DNA of 61,792 nucleotides, filler included, from Sphacelaria rigidula (GCA_964200075.2; 7 parts of 7 records of this genome joined end to end with filler, not necessarily neighbours in it); one strand, 5' to 3'. Counted from the first letter of the whole stretch, positions 12,843-26,099 are shown. The notes: generated by a model not told the origin, from the letters alone. Numbers and translations: made by a program.

Positions 12843-15800
12843 GGTAGCAACATCCACATAAAACAACCGAAAACAAACGCAAAACACACACCCGCATCGC
12901 CGTCCTAGGAAAGCAACACCCTTCCACCCCCCCCTCCCCCCTCTCCTCCCCTCCATACACAGGAGAGGAAACGAAAACAAGAAGAAAAAAAACTCACCCT
13001 TCCATCTCCTCCATGTCATAATAAGGAACATTGGGCTCTTCCCCACCGGCCTCCATGTCCGACACGGTAGCTGAGCTCTTGTGCTGCCGATGAGACGTGA
13101 AACGCGAGGACCGTTTCGACCGGTCGTGGCTGCGCTGACTGCCAAGGGCCATGTTACCCCCCAGTTCCTCGTGGCTCTCTGCGTGGTGCCGACTCACGAA
13201 CGCGCTGCCCTGGCTGGGAGCCCGAGGGGCGGTTAAGGTCGGCGATCCAGGCTTGAGCCTCATCATGGACCCATTTGAGCGCTGAGCGCGTTGCTCGTCG
13301 CTGTGTGGAGGACGAGAGGGGGGAGAAAAAAAAGCGCCGGGGTGGGGGGGGAAAGGGGTTGGGAGATGTTACATTATAGGAGCGACTAGACTTGTAGTCG
13401 AAACGTAAAATAGCGGATACACTTCAATCCCTTCGCCGCCGACCCCCCTAAGATAAACCCAGCACTTCTGCAACTGGATCACTTGGAAATATGGTGCGAA
13501 CAGCGGTGCTTTGACCCCCCAGAGATGGACCAAAAATAGTGATGTACTGTCTGTAGGTGGGCTACTGGAAATATTTCGTAAAATAACTGGTTTGCTTGAA
13601 ACAATTACGTCTTCGACATTTGAGGAGCACGAGATACGCGACATAATTGTCGTTTGCCGTTCATGTTATGTCCATTACATAACCGGGGTACTGACGGGTT
13701 GGTTGGATGAAGATGTTTCAAAAGAATGAAATGAGAAGACAACACTAATTGGGGAAGAAGGGAGAAAAACAAATGCGTAATACAACAAGCACTGGTACAC
13801 GAAATAACAAGAGAGTAGGGCGGCGGAAAAAATGAGAAGGGAAAAGGTATCACGGCAAGGGTAAAAAAAAAAACTCACCGCCTCTTTTTGTTGGACATGA
13901 CCGATTTGGTGAGCGTAGCTTCCATCACTTCCAGCTCCGACCTCGTATCACGTGCTCCGGTCCGACTCAAATACCGGTGCTCGAACCCGGTCATCACGGA
14001 TCGGGTATCGTCATCGTCACCCACGTATGGATCTTGAAAGCGGACCGAGCTGAACGAAGCCTTGGATCTGTGCGAACCGGTCCGGCGGAGGGCAGAAGGA
14101 GCCCGTGAATGACCCGCGACACTCCCCTGGTAATCGGATGCGTCATACGAGTATCCGCCGCGGTCGATGTACCCGTCTTCGTCTTCAACGATGCTCACGA
14201 GACTGTCACCCTTCCTGTGGAAACTGTCGCCAAGAAGGAAATGTAAGCACGGGGAAACACACACATAACAACACACAGCAAAAGGTATCTCAGTCATTCA
14301 AGCAAAGTGCTGCTATAATACAACATGGTGTTGGTGACCGTAATTCGACTCCTCTCAGTGACTTCAAGTAAATGCCGCTGCTACCATATCGTGATGGGTG
14401 ATGGTGTGATGACGTGCCCTTCCGGAGCAGTTGTTTTGTAATGTATTACATTAGCTTTCTCAAGTACACGATAACTTTACCATGCATCCATGTATCTATC
14501 GGGATCACGGTACGCAAGGGACAGGAAATCCCCCCCCGAAAAAAGCAACCAACAAAAACCGAGACTCACAGGGCGCGACCTCCCGACCCTGACACGGCCG
14601 CCACTAGTCCCGGAGGACCCTCAGGCATGCTGTGCTGGCTCGAGACATCCCAATCATGTGAATCTCCACGAAGGTGCGAATTTTGAGCGGAAAAGATGGC
14701 AGGCTCGGGGCCATCTTCTTCACTATCTTCGAAACTGTCCGAGTTCATGAGAGCTCGGCTGGTCTTGAGTACAAGTAGACGTTTTTGGGCGTAGTCCATG
14801 CTATCTAGCTCCGCGGGATCGATGTTGCTGTCTTTGAAAAGGTCCTGAGGCGCCATTACGTAGGGAGGGGGGGGAGGGTTACGAGAGGGAGGAGGGGGTT
14901 ATACGTGTTAACCCTTGTTCGGTAAAGGGGGTTCGGCTTGAAAAATGATCTTGTGTACAAAAATTTTCATGCGCGGCTTGAGGAAATCATCTCAAAAACC
15001 ACCTTGTACCACAGCAACGGACAACAGCGCGGCAAATACCCCCCCTCCCCCCCTCATTTCCTCCCACCCCCACCTGCAGCGCGTCAGCATCAAGAGCCGA
15101 GAGGTTCTGGTTCTTAGACTTAAAATCGGCCGAGTTCTCCGGGGAACCCGAGACAAGGGACGGTCGTCCACTCGCCCCGACATCATCGTCAAGGTCATCC
15201 TCCACTGGCTGTCCCTTGGCCTGCGCGGCCAGCCTCGAGACGTATTGGTTGGTTAGCTGTTCACGCCGAGTAGCCCACGTCTTCGCCCCTGAGTCTGGAG
15301 CGATGGCCCTCTCGTCCACGACACCCCAAACCATGGCCGGAATGAGATAGCGAGCGGCGAGGAGGCCGGCGATGATACCTGGGAAGAGAGGGGGGAGAAC
15401 AGAGGAACAAACATCAACACATGGGTGAGGGAGGCTACTGATCTATTTGATCATCTCGCATATGAAATTGACCCGCGACGGAGCGTGGACGTCCACGCTG
15501 GATTAAGTCAAGCACCCAACGGGTATGAAACGCAACCCATCAATCACAAGTTTTACCATGATGGGCATGTCCACCATGTAACCGAGGCTGGCTGCTACCT
15601 CGGAGATCGGTCGATGTCCAACGATCAACCCATCGGCTTCTCGATCACAAGTCCAGCTCCGTCAATGCGCCCTATAATCGGCCCGTTTTTTGTTGCTGTT
15701 GGAACCCCATCTCTCTTCGAAACATCTCACCTAGAACGGCTGGAATGGGAATCAACTGGGCGTCATACGCGGCGCCCACAGGAAGCATGTAGAGGTAGCT

Positions 15801-17332
15801 CTCCATGCCTTCACGGAGGGAAGCACCGAGGCCCAGATAGAACATTTGGCTTCGCTCGGGACCGGCGCCCTCGGTGTCTTTACTGATTTCCAATCTCCGC
15901 TGCAAGTTTTTTCGGGTGATTCGTTGTATGGATTGCGGGAATTGATGGGGGGGGGGGGGGGGGGGGGGTGCAGGCATTGTCAGCTTGAGTACTGTAATCA
16001 GGGGTGCAAAGGCCATAGTGTAACCACGGCTGGATCCCTGCGGGGTCAATAAAGGTGCGAAAATCATATCGATCAAAGCGGGTGGGAGCTTCTTTTGGGG
16101 GGGGGGGGAAGGCTTCTGCTTACAGACACCTGCATGCTTTGGATCCACGCACATGCCGTACAAGGGTTATGATTTGTGCTAAGAGGCCGCGGTCGTTCAA
16201 GATCCCGCTTGAATGTTTTGTCTCGTAACAATTATACTAATACTGTTCTCTTGATCAATAAAATCGGACGCTGGAATTGTTCCGAGACAATAACGTGGCT
16301 ATTTTTTTTCACAGTAATTCATTTATCATACTGTACTCATTCTTTCTGTGAGCATTGTTGCACCTCTTAGAAGAATACTCCACCAGCAATACGACGGTAT
16401 GCACAGAATCCGTGACGAATCTCCTCACCGTGAAGTAACTCATGCTCCTCGTGACGCCGCTGCCTTGCTGCATAACGGAGATCGCCATGTGAGTGAACAG
16501 GATGGCTGCGAGGATCTGGAAAACTCCCACAAAAACATCTTCTGTGTCGCCGTCGAGGGCGTAGAACTTGAGCAGCGCGAATCCGAACACGGTCAAACCT
16601 CCTGTTCGACAGGTGAACAAGCCACCCCCCCGCCCCCAACGGAGAAGCAAAAAGCAAAAACGGTTGAGAAGGTAGTTCGGAACAAAAAACGAACGCTTAC
16701 TGCTCCAGTTTTTTCGCGAAAGCACTGTCATACTCCACGAAGGGGGCTCGTATCGACAATCCCCAGGAGCCATGGCCATAAACTCCATCTCGCCCAACTC
16801 GGGAGTAGCTACGCAGCCCATTTTGTTCTTATCCACCATATCGCGGTTGTACTACACTATTATCCGATGGGGGAAAAAACCACCGGAGGTCGACCTGCGC
16901 GGTAGGGCAACCCATGGGTTCTCTGCCAGCCACTATCGGCGTACGATTATGCCCTTCTACAACGTATGGAATGGGGAAAACACACAGGAGCCTCAGCCAT
17001 CTGTTGCTCCTGTGGAAAGGTTCAGACAAATGCTCGGCCGCTAGCGCAGGGCTGGCTGGCTGTGAACTCGTTCAAAAGCGAATGTTTCGACACCTTATTT
17101 TGCCTCGCCCCCCCCCCCCAAAAAAAAACATTAATCGAAATTCGGGAATCCCTGACAGGTGACGACTGCTCTGCCGCCAGCTGAACGAGCCCATGCAGCA
17201 AGTTTGCCAGTAGATTTATCTGAACTCACCGGCTAACACGGTCAAGACCAGCCCAGAGGCGGTGCCCAGGCGCAGGCTTTGGAATGACAACGGTCGCATT
17301 ACCGTCAGCGTTCCTTGGATCGTGTTGACGCC
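9082..17332 (-). CDS. FTR1-like iron permease domain fused to a cellulose synthase-like GT2 domain (partial at both ends). Exons: 17332-17230, 16601-16429, 15899-15731, 15378-15074, 14844-14570, 14214-13879, 13300-12998, 12671-12575, 12008-11895, 11302-11190, 10847-10602, 9940-9736, 9312-9082
   Basis: All 13 exons have cag acceptors and GT donors and join in phase (2670 nt, 890 codons, no stop). FTR1-like: EDVFVGVFQILAAILFTHMAI, ASLREGMESYLY, IPAVLGIIAG, FLCCAGLFKMGV, IFDICDCCD...FFAIFHAQFGYTCAETLTGLLSWVCYW. CesA/BcsA-like: AYLWWRAVRS, WLFFAGE, VCIMVPTAGE, LRIAVLDEKGR. Confidence 0.8.
9651..9726 (+). repeat. Intronic (CAG)n(CAA)n microsatellite
   Basis: Trinucleotide run directly after the donor of exon 9940-9736. 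Confidence 0.95.
10293..10436 (+). repeat. Intronic (AAT/GAT)n microsatellite
   Basis: About 140 bp of imperfect AAT repeat. Confidence 0.95.
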
Positions 17333-17756
17333 CTGGATGTATTCATTTTTCACGATCGAACACGCGATAAGACGCAACAATACATGGGCAAATGAAGAGA
17401 GGCAAGAGGGCGACCACTCATGAATGAACATGTGCATCATCCCTCAAGGGCCCGGGCTGAAAGGTGGTTGAGCGTCAGTTACCCAGGCTTTTTCAGGAGG
17501 GGGGAGGGGGGGGGGGGGGGGGGGGCAGAAACGGTGTAGTTGGGCCCCCCGCGGTGGCTGCTGTTGGCACGGAACCCCTTGTTGAAANNNNNNNNNNNNN
17601 NNNNNNNNNNNNNNNNNNNNNNNNNNNNNNNTTAATTAATTAANNNNNNNNNNNNNNNNNNNNNNNNNNNNNNNNNNNNNNNNNNNNGCAATCAGGCCGA
17701 AGAAATCGTGAATTTGGTGATTTTGAGTCGTGATGATTTGTCCTGACCGTGGTTTA

Positions 17757-17916
17757 TTTCCCTCGTCTACCATAAGGTCGAATTTTGTCTACCCACGACA
17801 TAGTCGCTCTTCACTGTTGGGCATGGTGTCAGAAAACCCCCAGATAGCTTCGAGATTTGAACTCACGACCCAACCGTCAGAAGGTTCCGAGGTTACCAAC
17901 TGAGCCACCGGGGCGA
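17757..17916 (-). mobile_element. SINE family A, 5' fragment
   Basis: caaccgtcagaaggttccgaggttaccaactgagccaccggggcg, shared with the other copies. Confidence 0.8.
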
Positions 17917-18480
17917 CCAGGTTTGATTTGGGGGGGGGATGTGGTTGTCGCACATTTAACTGATTCTCGAGAGACCGAAGCAGCCGTGGTAAAAAATAAC
18001 AAGACAGCTGCAGCAGCCATTGTCGTAATCAACAAGATAGCCGATGTCATTATGGTCATTATCCACGAGGTGGACAAATGCACCCGAGGTGAAACGAAGC
18101 GGGATCACTTCACTTTGTGATGTGAAGTAATGTGTTCGTGTGTGTGCTTTTTCCTCCTTCTGCGTGCTTCATATTTATTTCCTCAGCGTGGTGTGGAAAA
18201 ATTGTCGGTGGATGTTTGTCGTTTTGGTGGTATCAAAACGCCCCTGTTCTCTTTGTTGCTCTTGTCTGAGAAAACGTGAACCATGCCGGAAAACCCTTGT
18301 TCCAACATAACTACGGGGGGCTGCAAACAATTGTTCTTTCATTTCGTTTCGTTTCTTTTTTTCATTTCAGTAGTTTCCACTCGAAGCCCCACTTGTCGAC
18401 GCTTGAGCGAACGTTTCCAATCACTTTTCATGTGTATATATTCATGTATATTTACTGCTAAAATATTCTCTGTTTTTCAG

Positions 18481-21400
18481 GTGTACTACGACAAGAAAAC
18501 TCTCAGCATGACCGCGCCTGACCCGTCTCGACCGGACGACTTCATCTCCATCTCTGGGTAAGCACACGACATACGGGCAGCACACCTTCCCAAAGAAGAA
18601 CTGTTATGTCAATTGATGAGTGGATTGATTGGGACCAGGTATTCATTCCATTGTCAAAAAGTGTACCATGTCAACTATTGCGGCTCTTGCAGTCGAATGT
18701 ATTTTATACTGAACTATGAGCGGTAATTTTATTCTGACCGTGTCATCCGTTGTCCAGGTTGTTATGGATATGGATACCGGCTGAAACGTGATGGGCTGTG
18801 TTGATGGGTGGTCGGCTCAAATATTCGTGGTTGTGTCAAGCACCGGTGGACTGAATTATAATGTCAGATGTGGCACCATTAGGGCAGGAAGAATGCGGCT
18901 TTGGTCCCGCCAAATGCGTCCATGGTAGTTTGGCTTTTCCGAAGTAAACCTAGGAGTGAGCGGGGCTTCAAGCAGAGAAAATATGAGGCCGTGCGCAAAA
19001 TATACTTGGCAGTACAGTATATGTAAATGTGTATATTTGATGTTGACGAGTTGTGGCGATACCGCAGTAGATCAGATAAAATATACGGACATTGATGTGT
19101 AGCTCTTGATCATCTAAAGAACGCTCTGCGCTGTTGTATTCTTTTTTCTCGGCGCTGCAGCAGTGAGGTTTCTCGTAGTCTTCTTTTGTGTAGATTTGCC
19201 GCGAACGAACGCCGCATACGGTACGTTGTCGTCACGAAGATGTCTTCGTACAGCCATGACTGGATAATGACCATATATGTGTGTGTTCGTTCTGTGTGCG
19301 TACGTGGCGTACGTGAGCTAAGTTGCCGTAACACGCAGTACACATGTATTGTGTATTTTGCATACCCTGGACGATAGATTACACATGTCAAAAAGTGTAC
19401 CGGGTAACAGTGTCGACTATTGCGTCTGTTACAATCGACAATAGATTCAATACTGTACTGTAAGTCGTACACTTCTTGACGAGTGTAATGTATTGTCCCG
19501 GCTTTGATCCTGTTTTTTCGAGAATTTTAGTTTTTTGTTGGTGTGAGACATGGGTGCTGTATTGCGTGTGATTGATTGGTCAGGTCGAAGATGAGGAAGC
19601 TGGCTGCTCAGGGTGCGAAGCCGTGTCCGAACGATATCCCGTCTGATATTGTGGATGCCAACTGTATCCCGCCCAACTTCATGGTGCCCTCTGGATGGGA
19701 AATAGTGTGTGACTACTACATGGTGAGTGCAGTGCTTGAGGGTTTGCCTCCGCGCGCGGAGCTTGTTTTTTCTTCTTTAAATTCATGCTCGTACATGTAA
19801 CTGGCTGCAGGTCTCGGGTCGCCTCAGGATGTTGAACATCACCATCGTCACACTCTGGATGATGACGTTCAATTACAATGTCAAAACGTGTACTGCATAC
19901 AGGATCGACTTTTGCGTCAATTGCAGTAAGACGTCAGATTTAAAACTTGTGCGTAGCACACTTTTTTGATGAGGTGATTCATTGTCCAGGATATGAGGAT
20001 CCTACATGTTGGCTACATATTTACGGTATGTGTGTACAGGAACCCTTTGACCGCGAGCGTAGGTCATGGGGGTCATGGACTAATATAAGTGTTCAACATG
20101 AAATTGATGGTGATTCTGCATCATAACGTGTGCGAGACATGTTGTACCGCATGGTCGGAAGGGAACATAATTGATTTCGTAGATGTTGGTTGAGGTGTCA
20201 CGAGTCAACAGCGCGACCACTTTTTCGAAGAACCCCTTATTTGGTGTGAGGTTCGAGTTCCCGATTTCCCTTGTGGCCTTTTACCAGCAACCTCTGTATC
20301 GTGAGTCAGGGCACCTTAATTTATACGGGCCATCAACCGTATCCGGTCTGCTTTTCGATATTTTTGCTGAAATCTTTGGTGTTTTTCGAGCAATTATTTT
20401 TTCTTTGTTCAGCGGGTGCTCGAACCATGCGGCCGAACGACCGAATAAAAATCAGTTGGCCCATAAGTGGCCGTATTCCACACCTTTCCCACCGAGAAGA
20501 AAGTGTCGTAGACCGTTGTCGCCATTGCGTAGCGGCCACCAACCGATATCTCGGCGCCCCGTCTGCGAGGTAGAGGGTGTACTGTGGTGTACTCGTGACT
20601 ATGGCATGGGGTGTACTGTGGGGCGCGTCCATCACTAGAATGGTGTAGTGGGCAGGTAGGGTAGTTTAAACGCTCTTGATGATATTTCGAGATTTCTCAA
20701 TAATAATCCCAAAATAGATCAAAGTAGGGTATATTTGAGCCATTTTACATGAAGGACTGGAACCCCGTTTTTTTTCCCCTCTAGTTTTGTCTTGGTGCTA
20801 TATTTTCAACAAACCCGACTGAACTATCCTCATTAACACGGTCGTACCCAGACAACGTACTGCCCGTAGGTACCCTAACTTATGAGAGAGGAAGTATGAG
20901 TCTCACGCGTGGGTTTTTCATGGATTTAGTCATCACATTTTCTGCTCAAGGTCTTTTAGATACATATCTAAATAAATTGGGACGATATCTGAACCACTGT
21001 TTGTTGGGCATGTTTTGGAAAAAAACGGTTTTCTGTACATGTTGATACGATATCCAACACCTACATGCTACTCAATTGGGGAGATATGGAGAGTCATGCC
21101 AAGGTAGTAGGGGGTGCACAAACAACATTGAGGCTTACGAACTTGTCCTGGGTGTGGAAGAGCTACACAAGAATATGGATCAGGATACTCTCGTTTTAAC
21201 TCCTGAACGGCGAGAGTAGGCCATCTGCTGAAATCGGCATCACTTTCACTTGAATAAAAGCAGGGATGAGCCGCACGCCGGACAGCTCATGACGTAGCTA
21301 TTATATCTGGAATAACTAATCGGAGAGTACTCTCGGATCCTTTGTACAAGAACACATGAAACGTGACAGCATTGTTCGAGAAGCCAAAGCTTTCAAGGGT

Positions 21401-24400
21401 CGGACACATGATGAGTCGTCTGGAAATTACTTGGTTTTAGTATTGTTGATTCAAATCGTACGAATCAATCCCTAGGCTTTGTTTTCAGCGTTGCATCCCA
21501 GGTACACGCAGCCCAGGCACGTGGAATGGCGCAAGAGTTGCGTGGATACATATACCCCTTGGACCATCGGTCACGTTTTTGTCTCCCCTTTGGGCAATCA
21601 GGCCGAAGAAATCGTGGATTTGGTGATTGGTAGTCGTCATGATTCGTCCTAACCATCAAAGCCTTACCTTCCCGATACACGGCGTGCTCGGCGTCCATCG
21701 CTGTCGGGAGCTAATACGGAAATAGAGGCCAAAGAAGCCAGCTCATGATCCGGATCAGTACTCTGATGAGAAGTAATATCCAGGTAGCTCATGAGCTGTT
21801 CCACGTGTGAAATGATCCAGATGGACTTACTCTCGCTGTCTTGAGCGTTGAAGTTCATTCCGAGATATCCCTAGCCCACCGGAATGCTAATCGCGACGTG
21901 CTCCCCACATTTCGTTAGCCATTTGTTTCTGGATGAGATGAAGGGTTCCTAGCAACTAACGATTCAAGGCTGGAAACTGTTTCGCGCATTCTTCCCGTGG
22001 CAAACCACTCCGGCAGAACGCCGACACGAAGGACTGGGTCCCGTGGTCCAAGCCGGTGGTGGTGCCGCCTCCCGTCCGCAACACCGTCCCGTCGGCAGCT
22101 TACGGGACGGCCGATTTCGAGCTTGGCTTCAAGGACCCGACCACCAACCAACCCGCCTCGCCGTGGCACGATATTCCCATCATGGCCGCCATGGGTGGAG
22201 GAACGTACAACTTCGTGGTGGAAATTCCGATGTACCAGGTGCGAGTTCCCTCGTTTGTGTGTGCTCTTTATTTTTTTTCATTCTAACCTCACTTGCCGTA
22301 TTTATTTTTACTTTTTTTTTCGTTTACTTTGTTTTATATCGTGGTACATCATGTCATGTCATGTCGTGTCATATCGGTTTGGCCGTGGGAGCACCCACCC
22401 CATTTTGTCGAAGTTGACAGGGTACTCGGCACGGCCATCGTGAACAGCGGGTGCTCTTGGGCCCCAAATAGCGCCCCCCCCCCTCCTCCCTTAAGGTTGG
22501 TGTGAGTGCTCCGCATGGGCCGTGAGTGTTTCGCCTTTCAGCGTGAAATGAGTTTCAGTGTGGTTTGAGATTAGGATGGGCAACTTCAACTTTTCGCTTG
22601 CCACCTGCACCCACGTGGTGCCTGAAATGGGGGCGCTTGTGCCCGATTTTGTCTATCCATATCTAAGTCATCAAGATGGACCTTCGCCTTGATGATTTAT
22701 GATAACCGGGAACAACAGGAGCAAAGGAAAAAAGGAAAAACGCTTTGACGCCGAATTTATCCTCCGTTTGCATGCTGACTAAAACTGGAAACTACGTTGC
22801 CTCTTTTTCATGCTGGTGTCGTCGCGACGGACAGACGGCGAAGATGGAAGTGATGAAGGATGTGCCGTTCAACCCCATCATGCAAGACGAGAGCAAGGGC
22901 AAGCCGCGGTACTACACGTACGGAGTGCCATTCTTTAACTACGGCCTCATCCCGCAGACATGGGAGGACCCACACCAGAAGGTGATGTGTTACGTACAGT
23001 ATTATAGCTGAAGGGGAGAGGGGGAAAGGAAGAGCATCGTAAACGTTTGGTCGTTTTTCATTTCACCTACTCACGTTCACTCACTTTCCCACGCTTGCAG
23101 CACGGGTAACGGTAACGATAACGGACATGACAATGATCCTGCGCAGGACGATTGTATCCGTGGGGACCCGCACTCTTTCGCCTTCCATCTTGCCGTTGGA
23201 GTATCAGTTAGACGGCCGCGAGTATGTACCGAGTCAGCTATGAGTTTGGACCACGGCGTTGAAAGGAACAGGGGTGTACAGTAGGTCATATTATGGCAAC
23301 ACGATTCGCCTGTTTCTCACCCCACTTCCCGTTCATTGCGCGTTCCGTTTTTTTTCGCGTCTTTGGTCACGCTTCTCTCGTGTATGTTTACATGTAATCT
23401 AACGGAGTATCGAGCAAATACGTGCGTCGAGCGCTGGTAGCGATGCGTACTGTCCGCGTACTTACCTGTTCGACGTTCCTTGAGATCACATGACCACCTG
23501 GTAGGCTAGTACTTTCTCCCTCGGAAATCTACAATTTTGTGTGAGATAACGCTAACCCTAACCTTGAGCCTACTCTTGACCAAGGCATACCGAGAACCCT
23601 CGGGTGAGGGGGACGCGAGATGTTTTTTTCCCCCTGGTCGTAGTGTGGGTTGTTACACGTCAAGAGGGGCACCCGCCAATAATACTCGGGACTGTCAGCC
23701 GCACTAAAGACCCGAATTTCGGCGTTTACACTCTAGTCAGGTCAAGAATATTTCCGAGAAAATTCTACCCTGCTAGTCAAAAGGTGGGAATATCTACTGC
23801 ATTCGCTCATGTAGTGCCTGTTTATTGGCGTGTAGGGGTGTAAATATGTATCGCGAGTGTGTTGGCGTTCCGCTTAGGTATGACAAAATACACGTATCGA
23901 ACACATCTAGCTAGTACTGCAGTTATTATCCATGCAGTACACGGCTGTACAGCTGTCTTCGTGGTGAACACGTACTACTGTTGCAGCGTCGTCGTTGGCA
24001 ACAAATAAATGAACAAACAAACGGAAGGACCCCGAGTGCTTGCGGGCTCACTGTGAAATCGACGCAACAGTACATAGCGTTACATGAACAATAGACGTAT
24101 CAATTAGACATGTTCTGCAGCTGCGCAGTGACACTGGTTTATCTGATCTGATCTGATCTGATCTGTCTTGCTACTACATGTTCTGTCATGTGCGTCCTAC
24201 GGCGTTACTCTGTCTCGACAGGACTCTGAGGGCCACGGCGGGGACAATGACCCAATTGACGTCATGGAGCTGGGAGACGGGCCGCTGCCCATGGGGACTG
24301 TCGTACCAATCAAGGTCCTCGGGTAAGCTATCACGTTTTTTTTCTTCTTCACTTTGCATTCGATTCGTTGTCCTCGAGAGAGACAGAGAGAGATAGAGCG

Positions 24401-26099
24401 CCCGTTCGTTTCACACAGCGAGTTTTTTATTTTCTGTTTTTCTCCCTGGATTTTTCGGATGGAGTTGGGGATGCGGAAGCTACGGAGTGTGGCGCATTTG
24501 TTCCGTTTGCGGTTGTGATCTGATGTGTCTTCCTTCCTCGAGTGTCGATTTTACTCGTCCTCTGTCGTGGTTGGTTGGCTCGAAACCAACGAGATCTACT
24601 CGCCGCTCCTCTTCCTCAGACCGAACGCGCCGCGTGGGCTGATGTGCACGTTTTATGTTTCCACGCGTCGGTCGTAATGGCTCGCATCAAGCAGAACTCT
24701 CGACAGGCCCCCGTGTATCTGATACAGTAGTCAGCATCAGAGGTATGCAGAATTCGTAATTTCTTACTTTTTGAAAGACTTCCCAAATTTGTTTCGATTG
24801 CCACCGCTCATCACAGTGAGATATTTTAATCCTCTTCTCAAATATTGAAAGAAAAATATCTGCGAACAATAATAAGTGACTTCCGGGCTTGATCGATCTT
24901 CGGGGGCCTGCGGAAGTGTTTCTTTCGGTGGACCGACTCGATCCCGATCTTGAAAGAGAAGGCTCAAGAATGTTTATTTTTTTGAAATTCCACCTACTCA
25001 CTGCTCTAAAGGCGGAAAACCATGTTTCTCGGACCACTTACGGACAATAACACCCTCCTGATAAACGGAGCCTTTACTCCGTATCGCCCCCACAACACCA
25101 ACTTGCGCATTGTGACTTGAGCACGGTCTGCTTTTTTTGCCCAAACTATCGACGCCAGCACTTTCGAGTGCTAATGGAAAATGTAATGCGAAAAAATAAC
25201 GAAAAGAGGCCATCAGCAGAAAATGCTAGACCGAGGTCTTTGGAGTATGGGAGGGTAACACGATCTCAATCGTTATTGTTGAGAAATTTACACGTATTTA
25301 TTTATCTAAGTATTTATCGTTTCGTTGCGGAAGAGCCGGAGAAATGCTTTCGTTGGACCAAAAACGTTCAATAACACTCTCCTTATGAACGGGGTATATA
25401 GTCCGTATCGCCTCCAAAACACCAACTTGGGCATTGCAGTTTGAGCGCGGCCTACGCTTTCCCCCTAAATCTACCGGCGCTAGCACATTCGAGTAGTGGT
25501 GAAGAATAGTACCCGAGGAAAACAACTACAACAAATACGGATTCTGAAAACTTCTGATGCTGACTACTATGTATCTACCCGTGAATATACGGATCGTGTC
25601 CCTGTTCGGTGCGCATGAAATTTCCCTTGGTGAAATGTAACGTGGTTTCCCGACCTGTTTCGATTAATTAATTGCTTGATAAAATGATTATTGCACTTTA
25701 GCTGATCCCCTCCGTCCCCCCAGGGATCCAATCGTGGTCACAGGATAGGGCTGTATGGACGTTTCTTTATTATATATATATTTTTCACTGCGGATCTGAG
25801 AAGTTTTCCGCGTTCCGTGGCGCTTCCTTTATCCCCACGTCCGTTATTGCACGAATCCTGGTTGCTCTCGTTTCGTCGCGCTCTACTTGTCTTGGGCTCT
25901 GAACAGATCTCTTGAGCTGATCGACGAGGGGGAGACCGACCACAAAATCATCGCAATCCGGGCAACAGACCCCAACGCAGAGAACATCAACAACATGGAG
26001 GACCTGAACAAGTACAAGCCGGGCACCACGGGGCGACTGGTGCACTGGCTCAAGAACTACAAGACGTCAGACGGGAAGCCGCAAAATTCTCTCGCGAAC
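18481..26099 (+). CDS. ATP sulfurylase C-terminus fused to family I inorganic pyrophosphatase (partial). Exons: 18481-18557, 19584-19722, 22017-22238, 22835-22981, 24222-24322, 25907-26099
   Basis: Phase-consistent GT-AG exons. ATPS C-terminus: DFISISGSKMRKLAAQG...PPNFMVPSGWEIVCDYY. PPase: SPWHDIP, VVEIP, AKMEV, NYGLIPQTWEDP, GDNDPIDV, LIDEGETDHKIIAI, WLKNYKTSDGKPQN. Confidence 0.92.
19363..19502. mobile_element. MITE, CACCCTGGAC-TIR family (related degenerate copies at about 18630-18760, 19852-19992, 41170-41318)
   Basis: Termini accctggacgata...tattgtcccgg and a shared internal tgtcaaaaagtgtac motif. Confidence 0.6.
24725..25571. mobile_element. Non-autonomous TIR DNA transposon (Tc1/mariner-like, TA-flanked) in a PPase intron
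   Basis: ta|cagtagtcagcatcagaggtatgcagaattcgta and tacggattctgaaaacttctgatgctgactactatg|ta; internal duplication; second copy at 53053-53555 and a fragment near 52790-52860. Confidence 0.8.

Noticed and set aside
23551-23565. Telomere-like CTAACCCTAACC
   Set aside because: Only two units, internal to an intron.
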